A stretch of 64,000 nucleotides of DNA from a virus: the IMG/VR virus record IMGVR_UViG_3300042290_000544; one strand, 5' to 3'. The number at the start of each line of letters is the position of its first letter. Positions within the stretch are counted from its first letter, which is position 1. A program made the translations under genes and the position numbers. The notes below the pieces were generated by a model. The model worked only from the letters and a program-made list of their open reading frames with translations. It made no database searches and was not told where the DNA came from. Of this stretch, positions 30,551-39,341 are shown piece after piece.

Positions 30551-31453
30551 GGGTTTATTTAGGCTGTTTTAAAGGTTTGTTTTTCTTGACTACTTCCTTG
30601 TGCTCCTTGGGAATCTTCTTGAAGATGTCGTCCCAGGTTGAATTAAACTCATCTCGCGATACAGAGAATGGTCGCGGCTTTGATCCTTTGCCATTTGTGC
30701 TCATTTTAGTTTCTTACCGTAAAAAGCCCCGACCCTGCGTATTGCGGGCAATAAGTTTTCAAGGTATTTAAGTTCTTGGATATAAACCAGTTTTCCTGAT
30801 TTCTCTGCTTTCTTACGGAGCTTTCGGATGTCCTCCGACATTAACGTATAATGGTACTGAAGGTCATTTGCCACAATGTGATCAAATACCTCAACCTCAA
30901 GTTCCATCTGGAAAACCTTCTTTTTCATATTAATCAGTACAATCCATCGCCAGGCACATTTGTATCAAGGTACTCTTTGAGTTCAATGTTCTCGTTATAC
31001 AGTTCTTCTAATCTTTGAGCGGCTTCAAATATGGCTGCATTGGCTACTCCATCGTCGCTTTGTATATCTCTTGCGAGTATGTGCATAGCCGCTATTAAAG
31101 TTTCGGTGGATGATTTCACAGCTTCGTCCACTTGGTACCAAGGAAGAATCGTTGGCATTGTCTACGGAACCAATTCGGTACATGCTTTTTTTCATAGACA
31201 AAACAGACTACGAGCCAATTATCTCCAAATACATCGCACTTATAGATGGGCTCTTTCTTTTCCCGGAACGTCAACGGTTCAACGGTACTAGTTTTATAGA
31301 TTAGGGTATTGTCGGCACGAGTCTCAGTCATAGTAGCCGTCCTCTCTAAGTTCTTTTTCAATTTTTTTGTTTTTTTCATTTAGAACTGATATAAAGACAA
31401 TTAGCACCACTACGGCACAAAGCGCAATAAGACCTCCAATAATGAGAATGCTT

Positions 31454-31951
31454 TTAATCATTGATAAAATCCACAATTTCTTGGATCATTTCTGGAGTGA
31501 GGTCCTGAGCTTCATAACCGTAATACGGCTTGATGTTAAAATACTTTGGAATCGGATCAATGAGGTTAAGAAATTCAATCTTGCTCATATTGTCTCTCCT
31601 AGGAAGGTTATCAATAAGGTATGATTGTGCATTTGGAAATCCAGACAGCTCAATTCCTCCGCGGATATGAATGTCGTCCCGATGATAGATTTGTGAATTC
31701 TTAAACCCTAATTTAAATACTTCATTCCAGCTTTCCGCATATTCCTGCGTTGCAGCGGTAAGAATGTAACAGGGTGCAATTTCTCTGAGTACCTTTAATA
31801 GGTCGAGTGCTCCGGGGCGGAGCACCGCTCTATAGGTATCATTATGGTCAATTTTAATGACCTTGGAACCTTCACGCGGCTCATCATTCCATGGGTCGCA
31901 ATGAATCAGAGTTTCATCAAGATCAACAAAAATGTATTTAGTTTTAGCCAT
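31454..31951 (-). CDS. HAD phosphatase (FCP1/NIF-like)
   Basis: DLDETLIH, LRPG, T.A...YA and LIDN motifs. Confidence 0.8.
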   Translation of the reverse strand: MAKTKYIFVDLDETLIHCDPWNDEPREGSKVIKIDHNDTYRAVLRPGALDLLKVLREIAPCYILTAATQEYAESWNEVFKLGFKNSQIYHRDDIHIRGGIELSGFPNAQSYLIDNLPRRDNMSKIEFLNLIDPIPKYFNIKPYYGYEAQDLTPEMIQEIVDFIND

Positions 31952-31987
31952 AAAAGAATACTATATTACTTATCCAAATTTGTAAAC

Positions 31988-32028
31988 AAAAAAGGACCCA
32001 ATGAATTTATTTTTTCATTGGGTCCTTT
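31988..32028 (-). terminator. Terminator at the end of the tRNA island
   Basis: AAAGGACCCAATGAA/TTCATTGGGTCCTTT stem with U-run. Confidence 0.85.
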
Positions 32029-32031
32029 AAG

Positions 32032-32107
32032 TGGTGGACCAGACAGGGATCGAACCTGCGACCGTCTGCTTGCAAAGCAGCCTCTCTACCAACTGAGATA
32101 CTAGCCC
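32032..32107 (-). tRNA. tRNA-Ala(UGC)
   Basis: Cloverleaf, G3:U70, CCA end. Confidence 0.92.
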
Positions 32108-32114
32108 GAATTAA

Positions 32115-32780
32115 TTAGAACTTGAGGGTAACAGCCGAACGGAGACCAACCGTGGTCTTATCGAGATTGCCGTCCTGGAGGACAACAAAACCGGCTGATA
32201 GGACCTTCCATGAAGCATCAAGTGAACCGCCGTAGTAGGCATTGGTGTATTTGATTTCCTTGACGGTGCGTGGGAAAACATCATTTGCGTCGGTATAACC
32301 AGCAAATACTGTACCCGTGAGACCGAAGTCGCCAGCAAACTTGGCAGTTTGTGCAAACTTAGCTTCAACATTGGAGAGGTCGGATTCAACATCATAGCGT
32401 CCGGTAACGGTCACTGGACCCTTACCAACGGTAACGAATGGACGGAAGTGTCCATTTGAATCCTTACCCGGACGATTCTTCATTGCATACTCGGTACCAA
32501 CTTTTACGTCGGCAAGAGTTGAGACGAATGTATAACCGCCAAGGAATTTGAACTGGTAGAAATCGACAGAATCAATACCATTGAGATGGGTATCTGCCGA
32601 TGCTCCGACATTGAAACTGCCGATTGAGTAGTCGACTGCGGTAACAGCCGAACCCTTCGTATCAGTGACTTTGCCGAAGTCAATTCCTTTTTCTTGGTAT
32701 CCAACCGAAACCGTGCCGCCAGCAAAGGCAGACGCAACAGCAAGAACCGAGATGAGTGTGAGTTTGATTAGTTTATTCAT
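32115..32780 (-). CDS. Outer-membrane beta-barrel protein
   Basis: Signal peptide ending AFA, amphipathic strands, terminal Phe; late promoter upstream. Confidence 0.7.
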   Translation of the reverse strand: MNKLIKLTLISVLAVASAFAGGTVSVGYQEKGIDFGKVTDTKGSAVTAVDYSIGSFNVGASADTHLNGIDSVDFYQFKFLGGYTFVSTLADVKVGTEYAMKNRPGKDSNGHFRPFVTVGKGPVTVTGRYDVESDLSNVEAKFAQTAKFAGDFGLTGTVFAGYTDANDVFPRTVKEIKYTNAYYGGSLDASWKVLSAGFVVLQDGNLDKTTVGLRSAVTLKF

Positions 32781-32809
32781 ACGTTATTATTTATATTTCC
32801 TATCCAAAG

Positions 32810-32904
32810 TGGACCGCGTGTAGGGCTCGAACCTACATCTTCAGTTTCGTTCAGGGTGTACTTGACCTGTAACACTGAAATCTTATCCTTTAGACGAACG
32901 CGGT
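32810..32904 (-). ncRNA. tRNA-like RNA with expanded anticodon arm
   Basis: Acceptor, D and T arms present; 28-nt structured insert in place of the anticodon loop. Confidence 0.65.
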
Positions 32905-32923
32905 TTATGCTTTACTTTGCCGT

Positions 32924-33042
32924 ATTCCATAGCCTCATATTCGATCAATAATAGATCACATCCGATTCGCTACTTAGCCGATGGACTTTATTTAAAGACC
33001 GCGGATACGCATAATATCCGCGTGAGGTTCAGTACCTGGAAT
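32924..33042 (-). ncRNA. Candidate structured ncRNA
   Basis: ATTCCA/TGGAAT and CCTCA/TGAGG closing stems, CGCGGATA hairpin; follows a promoter and boxA-like site. Confidence 0.45.
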
Positions 33043-33113
33043 CTTTTGAGAATGACTGTAAAAGAACTATGATAGAACTATATCTCAACGCCGTCAAAAG
33101 TAAACAACAAAGT

Positions 33114-33350
33114 TCACTTTTTCTGCAATTCAATAAGTCTATCTAAAATGTAAAGAGCCATTTGAAAGTTTCCACAGTCAATGGCCGCAATTAGTTCTTT
33201 TTTCAAATTCCACGCCTTTTCAGCATCGGTCCACGCATCCATGCTATATGCAAGAGAGTTTGGCGTCAATGGAGAGTTTCTCGCATACGCATTGGCAACC
33301 GTCTTCATGGACGGATTCATTGCCATTGGTTGTATCGGTGCTATCTCCAT
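33114..33350 (-). CDS. Hypothetical protein
   Basis: ORF between RNA genes. Confidence 0.5.
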   Translation of the reverse strand: MEIAPIQPMAMNPSMKTVANAYARNSPLTPNSLAYSMDAWTDAEKAWNLKKELIAAIDCGNFQMALYILDRLIELQKK

Positions 33351-33382
33351 CTATCTATTTATTATTTTGTAACATTTAGAAG

Positions 33383-33459
33383 TGGTGCTCATTGTAGGAC
33401 TCGAACCTACGACCCTCTCGGTGTAAGCGAGATGCTCTAACCAACTGAGCTAAACGAGC
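33383..33459 (-). tRNA. tRNA-Val(UAC)
   Basis: Cloverleaf; loop CUUACAC. Confidence 0.9.
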
Positions 33460-33463
33460 AAAA

Positions 33464-33542
33464 TGGTTCACTATGGAACTGGAAGCCGTGTTCCTCCTTT
33501 TTGCCGGCATGGCAAACTGCTCTCCGTTGAGCTATTAGTGAA
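33464..33542 (-). ncRNA. tRNA-like RNA with non-canonical T and anticodon loops
   Basis: UUCACUA/UAGUGAA-CCA acceptor and GCUC/GAGC D arm; no TTC loop. Confidence 0.55.
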
Positions 33543-33544
33543 AA

Positions 33545-33915
33545 TGGTGGACCTGAGGGGAGTTGAACCCCTGTGTTCAATAATTTTTCCGATAATTTTC
33601 TACAAGCTTAGTACTACTTAACTGTCGCCATGATACCGTAATACTGTATCATGATTGTTTTGGTGAGGATACACATCTTGTACACCACTTCAAGACGGTC
33701 TCGCTTTTTATGACGAGTGTAACACTTAGCGAGAATCTGTGTTATCTACTCGATCACAGTTTTTAGGCTGCGAGTGGCATTTCTTCGGCGAAACCGAAGA
33801 AATTGCTGAGGGCTTTATTAATGCCGTTTAACTTTTTACCAGTTTTTAAAAGGTATCCGGAGAACCTTGCTTGCTTACTATAAGTCTATTACTGAGTCGA
33901 ATCCAGTACAGGCCC
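33545..33915 (-). ncRNA. ssrA: tmRNA
   Basis: 5' GGGCCUGUACUGGAUUCGAC, 3' T arm plus GGUCCACCA; internal tag GINKALSNFFGFAEEMPLAA*. Confidence 0.92.
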
Positions 33916-33936
33916 ATAAATTTAAAAGAACGAAAT

Positions 33937-34010
33937 TGGATGCTGGGGATGGAATTGAACCATCAGCTCCGCGTTATGAGCGCGACGAGTTACCGTTACT
34001 CTACCCGGCA
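33937..34010 (-). tRNA. tRNA-Met(CAU), initiator-like
   Basis: Loop CUCAUAA; GAGU/ACUC D stem as in initiator tRNAs. Confidence 0.8.
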
Positions 34011-34020
34011 GGAAAATGAA

Positions 34021-34269
34021 TTTGGGAGGATTAATGATTACCTCCATCGTCCTAGTGTTTTCAGTTATTCAGTCATATGGTGCCGTCGCACCTTAATAGT
34101 CCGCTTGTCATTGTATTTCATGCTTACAAGACTATACCTCTGGTTGCTTAGGTTGGCCGACCCAAGTTTTCAGCGTAGTACCTTACCTACTTACACATTG
34201 TAGAACTGAGTGATGTTCTTCACACCACCCATGCGTTAGCCCCATTAGAAAGGCTTATTCCGCCACAAA
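34021..34269 (-). ncRNA. Candidate ~250-nt structured ncRNA
   Basis: Multi-hairpin region without a credible ORF, flanked by U-rich spacers and a boxA-like site. Confidence 0.45.
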
Positions 34270-34291
34270 AATTAAAAAAGAACAAAAATTA

Positions 34292-34576
34292 GTGGGACCG
34301 TGGATTAATGCCACGCACCGGTCTGTCCCGTAACCTGCTGGTAGAACTTGTATCCAGCCAAGGCATTGGTTTAAAGAGTGACAATGCTTCCTCTCCAGGG
34401 TGTCGGGCAGTTTAAGTGCACCGACAAAATTTCTCTCATTCCGGCAACGTCAGCATACAGTCCCGACCAGTGCCTATTCCACTATTATCGAGATTCTACA
34501 ACTGTTGCAGACCGTGGTGACAATAGGTTCGTGAAACCAGTTGCAGAATGAGAGTCCAAGGAGATCAAGCCTTGGA
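34292..34576 (-). ncRNA. Candidate structured ncRNAs (34292-34426; 34433-34554)
   Basis: CTCTCATTC..GCAAC/GTTGC.GAATGAGAG closing stem plus a series of hairpins. Confidence 0.45.
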
Positions 34577-34643
34577 AAGTTTTTAGAAAGAACAAAACCG
34601 AATTGTAACGAGTGAGCCTCTATTCGTGGCTTTATATAAAAAG

Positions 34644-34817
34644 TCAAGATTTAAAGAATGCCGTTAGTAAAGTTCCGAAAAAGCAAACAACATTACCAAC
34701 AAGCAAAGAGATAGAATATTTGTTCCAGCTCCGCATAAAGCCTGGGCGGTCCACGATGACTTTCCAGAAGGTGAATAACCAACCAGCGAAGAACAACAAA
34801 GTTAATATTAGTTTCAT
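34644..34817 (-). CDS. Small 2-TM membrane protein (57 aa)
   Basis: MKLILTLLFFAGWLFTFWKV...FFKS; below the ORF-track cutoff. Confidence 0.55.
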   Translation of the reverse strand: MKLILTLLFFAGWLFTFWKVIVDRPGFMRSWNKYSISLLVGNVVCFFGTLLTAFFKS

Positions 34818-34861
34818 AAAAGTAATAGTGAAGGGAATTTATAAAGAAAGTCAAGAAAAAA

Positions 34862-35239
34862 TGTCCACGGAGTCGAACCGTTTTTCACATAATATGATTA
34901 TGGGCCACCACCTTCTAGCTAGAAAGGCTGGACAAAAATGAATCAAGTAGATGTTCGGTGTATTTGTCAATTTCCGCACCGTAGCCAATCAGCCCTAGAC
35001 ATATTAGGCGATTATTTTCATTAAACGGGTATCTACTTGAAATTGAATCAGTGGTGAAGTTGCAGCAATTTATCTTCACTTTACATATACCTGCTTGGAT
35101 AGTATCCTCACTGAAAATTAGATAGAATCGTATAGGCCGTGAAGATTTCAAGAGTCTTTGGGTCTTGCCATCCGTCGCACCCTGCGAAGTCCAATTAGGC
35201 CGAAAGAGCGGCATTTTTGTAACCTCTGATACGATTCTA
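34862..35239 (-). ncRNA. Four tandem stem-closed small RNA candidates (34862-34934, 34943-35040, 35048-35114, 35123-35239)
   Basis: Terminal inverted repeats TGTCCA, TCAAGTAGAT, TCAGTG and TAGAATCGTAT; the first has a GGUUCGACUCC T-loop. Confidence 0.55.
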
Positions 35240-35342
35240 AAAGTTTTTAAAGAACAAAAATTGGTGGACTTTATCGTTGCCCGACGACGGTGGATTTATA
35301 CCACAGGCTCCGTACTGATTACCGTTTGCCATTTTTTCAAAT

Positions 35343-35419
35343 TGGTGCCTCCTCCGAGATTCGAACTCGGAACCCACTGATTAAAAGTCAGCAGCTCTGA
35401 ACCGTTGAGCTAAGGAGGC
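35343..35419 (-). tRNA. tRNA-Lys(UUU)
   Basis: Loop CUUUUAA. Confidence 0.92.
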
Positions 35420-35490
35420 GTAAATTGTAAATGAACGAAATTAATTATGGTACAATCATACACATATTCATTTAAAAGTAAACAACAAAA

Positions 35491-35566
35491 TGGTGCCCCC
35501 GAGGGAATTCGAATCCCTGTATGCACCGTGAAAGGGTGATGTCCTAGGCCACTAGACGACGGGGGC
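35491..35566 (-). tRNA. tRNA-Glu(UUC)
   Basis: Loop CUUUCAC. Confidence 0.92.
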
Positions 35567-35595
35567 AATAAAAATGTGTTTTAAAAGAACAAAAG

Positions 35596-35670
35596 TGGTG
35601 CCCCGAGAGGGAATCGAACCCCCATTAACCGCTTAGAAGGCGGTGGTCCTATCCGTTGAACGACCGAGGC
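35596..35670 (-). tRNA. tRNA-Arg(UCU)
   Basis: Loop CUUCUAA. Confidence 0.92.
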
Positions 35671-35808
35671 ATTAAAAAGAACTAAAACCGAGACACTTGA
35701 AGTGTTGCTCAATTTCATAATACAATCATACATCAATGTCGGTCAAAGTAAAACAAATAATGCAACTTCGACTGTGTTTAAGTTGTTGATGGTCAACAAC
35801 CGCACAAA

Positions 35809-36303
35809 TTAATGGATAATGACTCTACATTTTTTTGAGGAATCTGATTTTAGAAGTGTGTCCCAGGACTTTCTCCAGCGTTTGTAATTCGTGGGGCAAA
35901 AGCTACCCTCTGGAATTTTCTGGTGGGTATCAGATTCAACACTATCCTTCTTCATGGAATCAAACCCCCACATATGAATCTCCGTGTAACCGTTCTGCAT
36001 TAACCAGAACACTCCACGATGCCCAGTGGATTCACCAGCCCTCAGTTGATGATGCATTACATCTCGAATCTCGGGAGCCGGATTGCATTGAGTCGCAATC
36101 TTTTTAATTGCATTCGGGATGATGACGGGAAAATTCAACTTCAGTTTATTGTTATGGATGTGGTTGATCACCACCTTGTCCATAATGAAGGTCGCCTTGA
36201 GCGGCAACGCAGGGTCCGACAGGTTACATCCAAAGATGTCACCCTGAGGCGTATTGATAAAATCCTTTCGAGAAGGACCGTTTCCGAGAATATGTGCAAT
36301 CAT
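35809..36303 (-). CDS. GNGPS-motif glycosyltransferase-like (Maf/sialyltransferase-fold) protein
   Basis: ILGNGPS, GCN, STG and WGFD motifs. Confidence 0.6.
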   Translation of the reverse strand: MIAHILGNGPSRKDFINTPQGDIFGCNLSDPALPLKATFIMDKVVINHIHNNKLKLNFPVIIPNAIKKIATQCNPAPEIRDVMHHQLRAGESTGHRGVFWLMQNGYTEIHMWGFDSMKKDSVESDTHQKIPEGSFCPTNYKRWRKSWDTLLKSDSSKKCRVIIH

Positions 36304-36307
36304 AGAG

Positions 36308-36382
36308 TGGAGCGGAAGAAGGGACTCGAACCCTCAACATCTTCGTTGGCAACGAAGTGCTCGACCATTGAGCTACTTCCGC
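36308..36382 (-). tRNA. tRNA-Gly(GCC)
   Basis: Loop UUGCCAA. Confidence 0.92.
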
Positions 36383-36394
36383 AAATTGTTTAAG

Positions 36395-36470
36395 TGGAGC
36401 TTCCAATCAGGGTTGAACTGATGACCTCGTCCTTACCAAGAACGTGCTCTACCAGCTGAGCTATGGAAGC
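36395..36470 (-). tRNA. tRNA-Thr(GGU)
   Basis: Loop UUGGUAA. Confidence 0.92.
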
Positions 36471-36495
36471 GTTTGGTATATGTATACATGATAAA

Positions 36496-36572
36496 TGGTG
36501 CCTCAGGTGGGAGTCGAACCCACAAAATTTAGATTCTAAATCTAACACGTATGCCAATTCCGTCACCGAGGC
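36496..36572 (-). tRNA. tRNA-Leu(UAG), short variable loop
   Basis: Loop UUUAGAA. Confidence 0.85.
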
Positions 36573-36580
36573 TAAAAAAG

Positions 36581-36657
36581 TGGTGCTCGGAGAGAGATTC
36601 GAACTCTCAGCAGCTACTCCCTCAAAGTAGTGTGTTTACCAATTTCACCATCCGAGC
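36581..36657 (-). tRNA. tRNA-Leu(GAG), short variable loop
   Basis: Loop UUGAGGG. Confidence 0.85.
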
Positions 36658-36668
36658 AAAAAGTTATA

Positions 36669-36746
36669 TGGTACCCACGGTGGGAGTCGAACCCACAGTT
36701 GAACAGATTTTAAGTCTGTTGTGTCTACCAATTCCACCACGAGGGC
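36669..36746 (-). tRNA. tRNA-Leu(UAA), short variable loop
   Basis: Loop CUUAAAA. Confidence 0.85.
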
Positions 36747-36757
36747 ATAACATAAAA

Positions 36758-36831
36758 TGGCTCCCCAACTAGGGTTCGAACCTAGACTAGGTGAGTCAAA
36801 GTCACCTGTGCTACCATTACACAATCGGGGA
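36758..36831 (-). tRNA. tRNA-Gln(UUG)
   Basis: Loop CUUUGAC. Confidence 0.9.
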
Positions 36832-36835
36832 AAAG

Positions 36836-36912
36836 TGGTGGACCCGGTGGGATTTTAACCCACGATCTAGGGATTATGAGTCCCTTGCTTTAGGACGCTA
36901 AGCTACAAGTCC
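36836..36912 (-). tRNA. tRNA with CAU anticodon (Ile2- or Met-type)
   Basis: Loop CUCAUAA; T-loop UUAAAAU is atypical. Confidence 0.75.
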
Positions 36913-36919
36913 TCGAAAT

Positions 36920-36994
36920 TGGCTGGCAAAGTAGGACTCGAACCTACAACCCTCGCATTAACAGTGCGATGCTCTGCCATTGAGCTATATGCCA
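36920..36994 (-). tRNA. tRNA-Asn(GUU)
   Basis: Loop CUGUUAA. Confidence 0.92.
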
Positions 36995-36998
36995 AAAG

Positions 36999-37076
36999 TG
37001 GTCCGAGCGGCGGGATTTGAACCCACAGTCTTCTGCTCCCAAAGCAGACGCGATAGCCAAGTTACGCTACGCTCGG
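36999..37076 (-). tRNA. tRNA-Pro(UGG)
   Basis: Loop UUUGGGA. Confidence 0.9.
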
Positions 37077-37083
37077 ATGAAAT

Positions 37084-37161
37084 TGGTGGTGCCGGAGGGA
37101 GTTGAACCCTCACGCTATTCCGGGTAAGAACCGGATGCCCGTCCACTGTGGCTTCAGCACC
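37084..37161 (-). tRNA. tRNA-Lys(CUU)
   Basis: Loop UUCUUAC. Confidence 0.8.
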
Positions 37162-37171
37162 GAAAATAATT

Positions 37172-37255
37172 AACGTCCGACCGATGGGTTTGCACCACGA
37201 GAGGTTCCTGAGTCAACTGTACCTCTTTGCTATCGACTTTAACGTATCGGACGTT
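37172..37255 (-). ncRNA. Stem-closed small RNA candidate
   Basis: AACGTCCGA/TCGGACGTT terminal stem between tRNAs. Confidence 0.5.
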
Positions 37256-37283
37256 TAATTCCGGTAATTAATCGGAATCAAAA

Positions 37284-37361
37284 TGGCGGGATGGACGGGA
37301 CTCGAACCCGCGACCTTCTGCGTGACAGGCAGACGCTCTAAACCAGCTGAGCTACCACCCC
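37284..37361 (-). tRNA. tRNA-Asp(GUC)
   Basis: Loop CUGUCAC. Confidence 0.92.
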
Positions 37362-37427
37362 TAAAGTTTCACACAGCCATTATTGTCATTGATATAAATC
37401 GAGAGGACTACTGTGTATGTTAAATTA

Positions 37428-37899
37428 TTTGAATAGATGTAGCTTTGCTTTATATGACTACACTCCAGCGAGTTTCTTATTTACGCATAAGCTCCAACAC
37501 GTTTAATGTTTCCCAATAAACGTACTGTTATGAACTCAGAGGCTTTTCGTTACTTCCATGTTTTTCCGCTGACGGTTAGACCCCGTGCTCGTACCGAAGA
37601 TGGAAACAATCTTCTACATTCCGAGCTGCTATTCAAAATTGGATCCTTCTGCCATACAAGTCTTCCAGAACATTTCCAGAAGATGAATGCACTTGTATGC
37701 GTTACACTCTTAAACCCCCTAAAGGAACGCAACCTTTTACACAGGTATAAGATTGCCCAGTTTCTTAGCAACATGGAGCTTTACCTTAGCGCCGGCGAAT
37801 GTAACGGTCTGCATAAACACAGAAGAAATTAATTTGATAGTTGATTCCGTACCCAAGACTATTAAAGCTGTCCTCATTAAGGGTGTGCTAACTATCAAA
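37428..37899 (-). ncRNA. Three stem-closed RNA candidates (37428-37637, 37640-37825 with 3' CCA, 37833-37899)
   Basis: Terminal stems TTTGAATAG/CTATTCAAA, CTTCTG/CAGAAG and TTTGATAGTT/AACTATCAAA. Confidence 0.5.
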
Positions 37900-37901
37900 A
37901 T

Positions 37902-38013
37902 TGGATTGCGGGCTGGACTCGATACCAGCTGACAGCGCCAAATATCCGCGACTTAGCGGGGTCCCTTGCTGCCGTGGACTCGGAAGGCTGCGTGTCCTTC
38001 CACGCCGCCGCAA
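37902..38013 (-). ncRNA. ~112-nt tRNA-like RNA
   Basis: UUGCGG/CCGCAA-UCCA acceptor, GCGUG-GAAGGA-CACGC D arm, GCUGG/CCAGC T arm, branched central domain. Confidence 0.65.
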
Positions 38014-38019
38014 ATTGAA

Positions 38020-38079
38020 TGCGATTGTGACCGCTTATCAGGTCACTACAAGCGTGGAGACTAAGATCCCTCTATCGCA
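38020..38079 (-). ncRNA. Small stem-closed RNA candidate with possible pseudoknot
   Basis: TGCGAT/ATCGCA terminal stem; GTGACC hairpin whose loop GCTT matches AAGC. Confidence 0.4.
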
Positions 38080-38082
38080 AAT

Positions 38083-38157
38083 TGGCACGGACGGAGGGAA
38101 TCGCACCCTCATAAGGCAGTTTTGGAGACTGCTGCACTACTAATGTACCACGTCCGT
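38083..38157 (-). tRNA. tRNA-Trp(CCA)
   Basis: Loop CUCCAAA; T-loop UGCGAUU. Confidence 0.85.
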
Positions 38158-38166
38158 AAAAATAAA

Positions 38167-38244
38167 TGGGGCGATCAACGGGGCTTGAACCCGTAACCCC
38201 GAAAATCACAATCTCGTGCTCTGGCCAATTGAGCTATGATCGCC
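38167..38244 (-). tRNA. tRNA-His(GUG)
   Basis: Loop UUGUGAU; 8-bp acceptor with G-1. Confidence 0.9.
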
Positions 38245-38249
38245 GTAAA

Positions 38250-38327
38250 TGGAGCGCCAGACAGGACTCGAACCTGCATGTAACTGTTTTGCAAACAGAA
38301 GTTTAGCCTTTCAACAACACTGGCGCC
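38250..38327 (-). tRNA. tRNA-Cys(GCA)
   Basis: Loop UUGCAAA; U73. Confidence 0.85.
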
Positions 38328-38332
38328 TAAAA

Positions 38333-38408
38333 TGGTAGTAGCGGTGGGAATTGAACCCACATAAAAGAGCTTATGAAACTCTTGCCTTGACCAATCGACC
38401 TCGCTACT
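38333..38408 (-). tRNA. tRNA with CAU anticodon (Met- or Ile2-type)
   Basis: Loop UUCAUAA. Confidence 0.75.
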
Positions 38409-38417
38409 GTAAATTAA

Positions 38418-38528
38418 TTATTCGGTCGGAACTTCAATCGAAGGTCTTATCGACCCGCGCGGCTCACTAGGCCGTCCTACGTCGTTAAGTGTGTACGACA
38501 ACACGGACTTTTACCGTTAACCGAATAA
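38418..38528 (-). ncRNA. Stem-closed small RNA candidate
   Basis: TTATTCGGT/ACCGAATAA terminal stem with internal hairpins. Confidence 0.5.
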
Positions 38529-38634
38529 ATTTTTGCTAAGATAAAAAATTAGTTACTTCTGTAATTATCCGTTAATCGCTACCCTGATGCGGTAGAGTTT
38601 TCACTGACGCCTTACCGTCCCGATATGCAAAAAA

Positions 38635-38710
38635 TGGTGGGAGCTTCTGGTAACGATCCAGATTCTTGCCGTCTTCAGCGGCACGTGAGCACCTGCTTCA
38701 CCAAACTCCC
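38635..38710 (-). tRNA. tRNA-Phe(GAA)
   Basis: Loop CUGAAGA. Confidence 0.85.
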
Positions 38711-38719
38711 GTAAATGAA

Positions 38720-38804
38720 TTTGTCGTCTCACATGGAGATAAGTTTTTCCTGTTTGAGATTAAAACTACTTGCGGCCTATCAGTCCGCGTTTTTCGTTGA
38801 CAAA
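38720..38804 (-). ncRNA. Stem-closed small RNA candidate
   Basis: TTTGTC/GACAAA ends with internal hairpins. Confidence 0.35.
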
Positions 38805-38806
38805 AG

Positions 38807-38882
38807 TGGTAGACCCGGAAGGATTCGAACCTTCAATACAACGTTCGTAGCGTTGCGTGATAATCCGTTTCACTACGGGTCT
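38807..38882 (-). tRNA. tRNA-Arg(ACG)
   Basis: Loop CUACGAA. Confidence 0.88.
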
Positions 38883-38889
38883 ATAAAAA

Positions 38890-38986
38890 TGAGTAGTACC
38901 GATTGTTCCGAGCACGGTTACCTGTTGTTCAACATACTGAATGATAACACCGACTCCTGTTTTACGAACAACTGGATTTCTACTCA
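38890..38986 (-). ncRNA. Stem-closed small RNA candidate
   Basis: TGAGTAG/CTACTCA 7-bp terminal stem between tRNAs. Confidence 0.45.
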
Positions 38987-38989
38987 AAA

Positions 38990-39075
38990 TGGTGGGCACG
39001 CTTGGACTCGAACCAAGGGTTATCCGAAGAGGGGACATTTACAGTGTCCTGCAATAGCCGCTATGCGACGCGCCC
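38990..39075 (-). tRNA. tRNA-Tyr(GUA)
   Basis: Loop CUGUAAA; long variable arm. Confidence 0.9.
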
Positions 39076-39081
39076 GAAAAA

Positions 39082-39157
39082 TGGAGCGGTAGACAGGGAT
39101 CGAACCTGCGACATCAAGTTTGGAAAACTCGCTCTCTACCAACTGAGATACTACCGC
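39082..39157 (-). tRNA. tRNA-Gly(UCC)
   Basis: Loop UUUCCAA. Confidence 0.9.
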
Positions 39158-39162
39158 AAAAA

Positions 39163-39239
39163 TGGTGGTCCAGGTCGGATTCGAACCAACGACCCCCGCC
39201 TTATCAAGACGATGCTCTAACCAACTGAGCTACTAGACC
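39163..39239 (-). tRNA. tRNA-Ile(GAU)
   Basis: Loop UUGAUAA. Confidence 0.9.
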
Positions 39240-39244
39240 GAAAA

Positions 39245-39334
39245 TGGCGGAAATAGAAGGATTCGAACCTTCGGGGCTTTTGAGGACCCGAGACTTTAGC
39301 AAAGTCTTGCCTTAAACCACTCGGCCATATTTCC
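39245..39334 (-). tRNA. tRNA-Ser(GCU)
   Basis: Loop UUGCUAA; long variable arm. Confidence 0.92.
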
Positions 39335-39341
39335 TAAAATT

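Noticed and set aside
35262-35330. tRNA (ends in CCA on the minus strand)
   Set aside because: No acceptor stem or T-loop on the minus strand; at most another small RNA.
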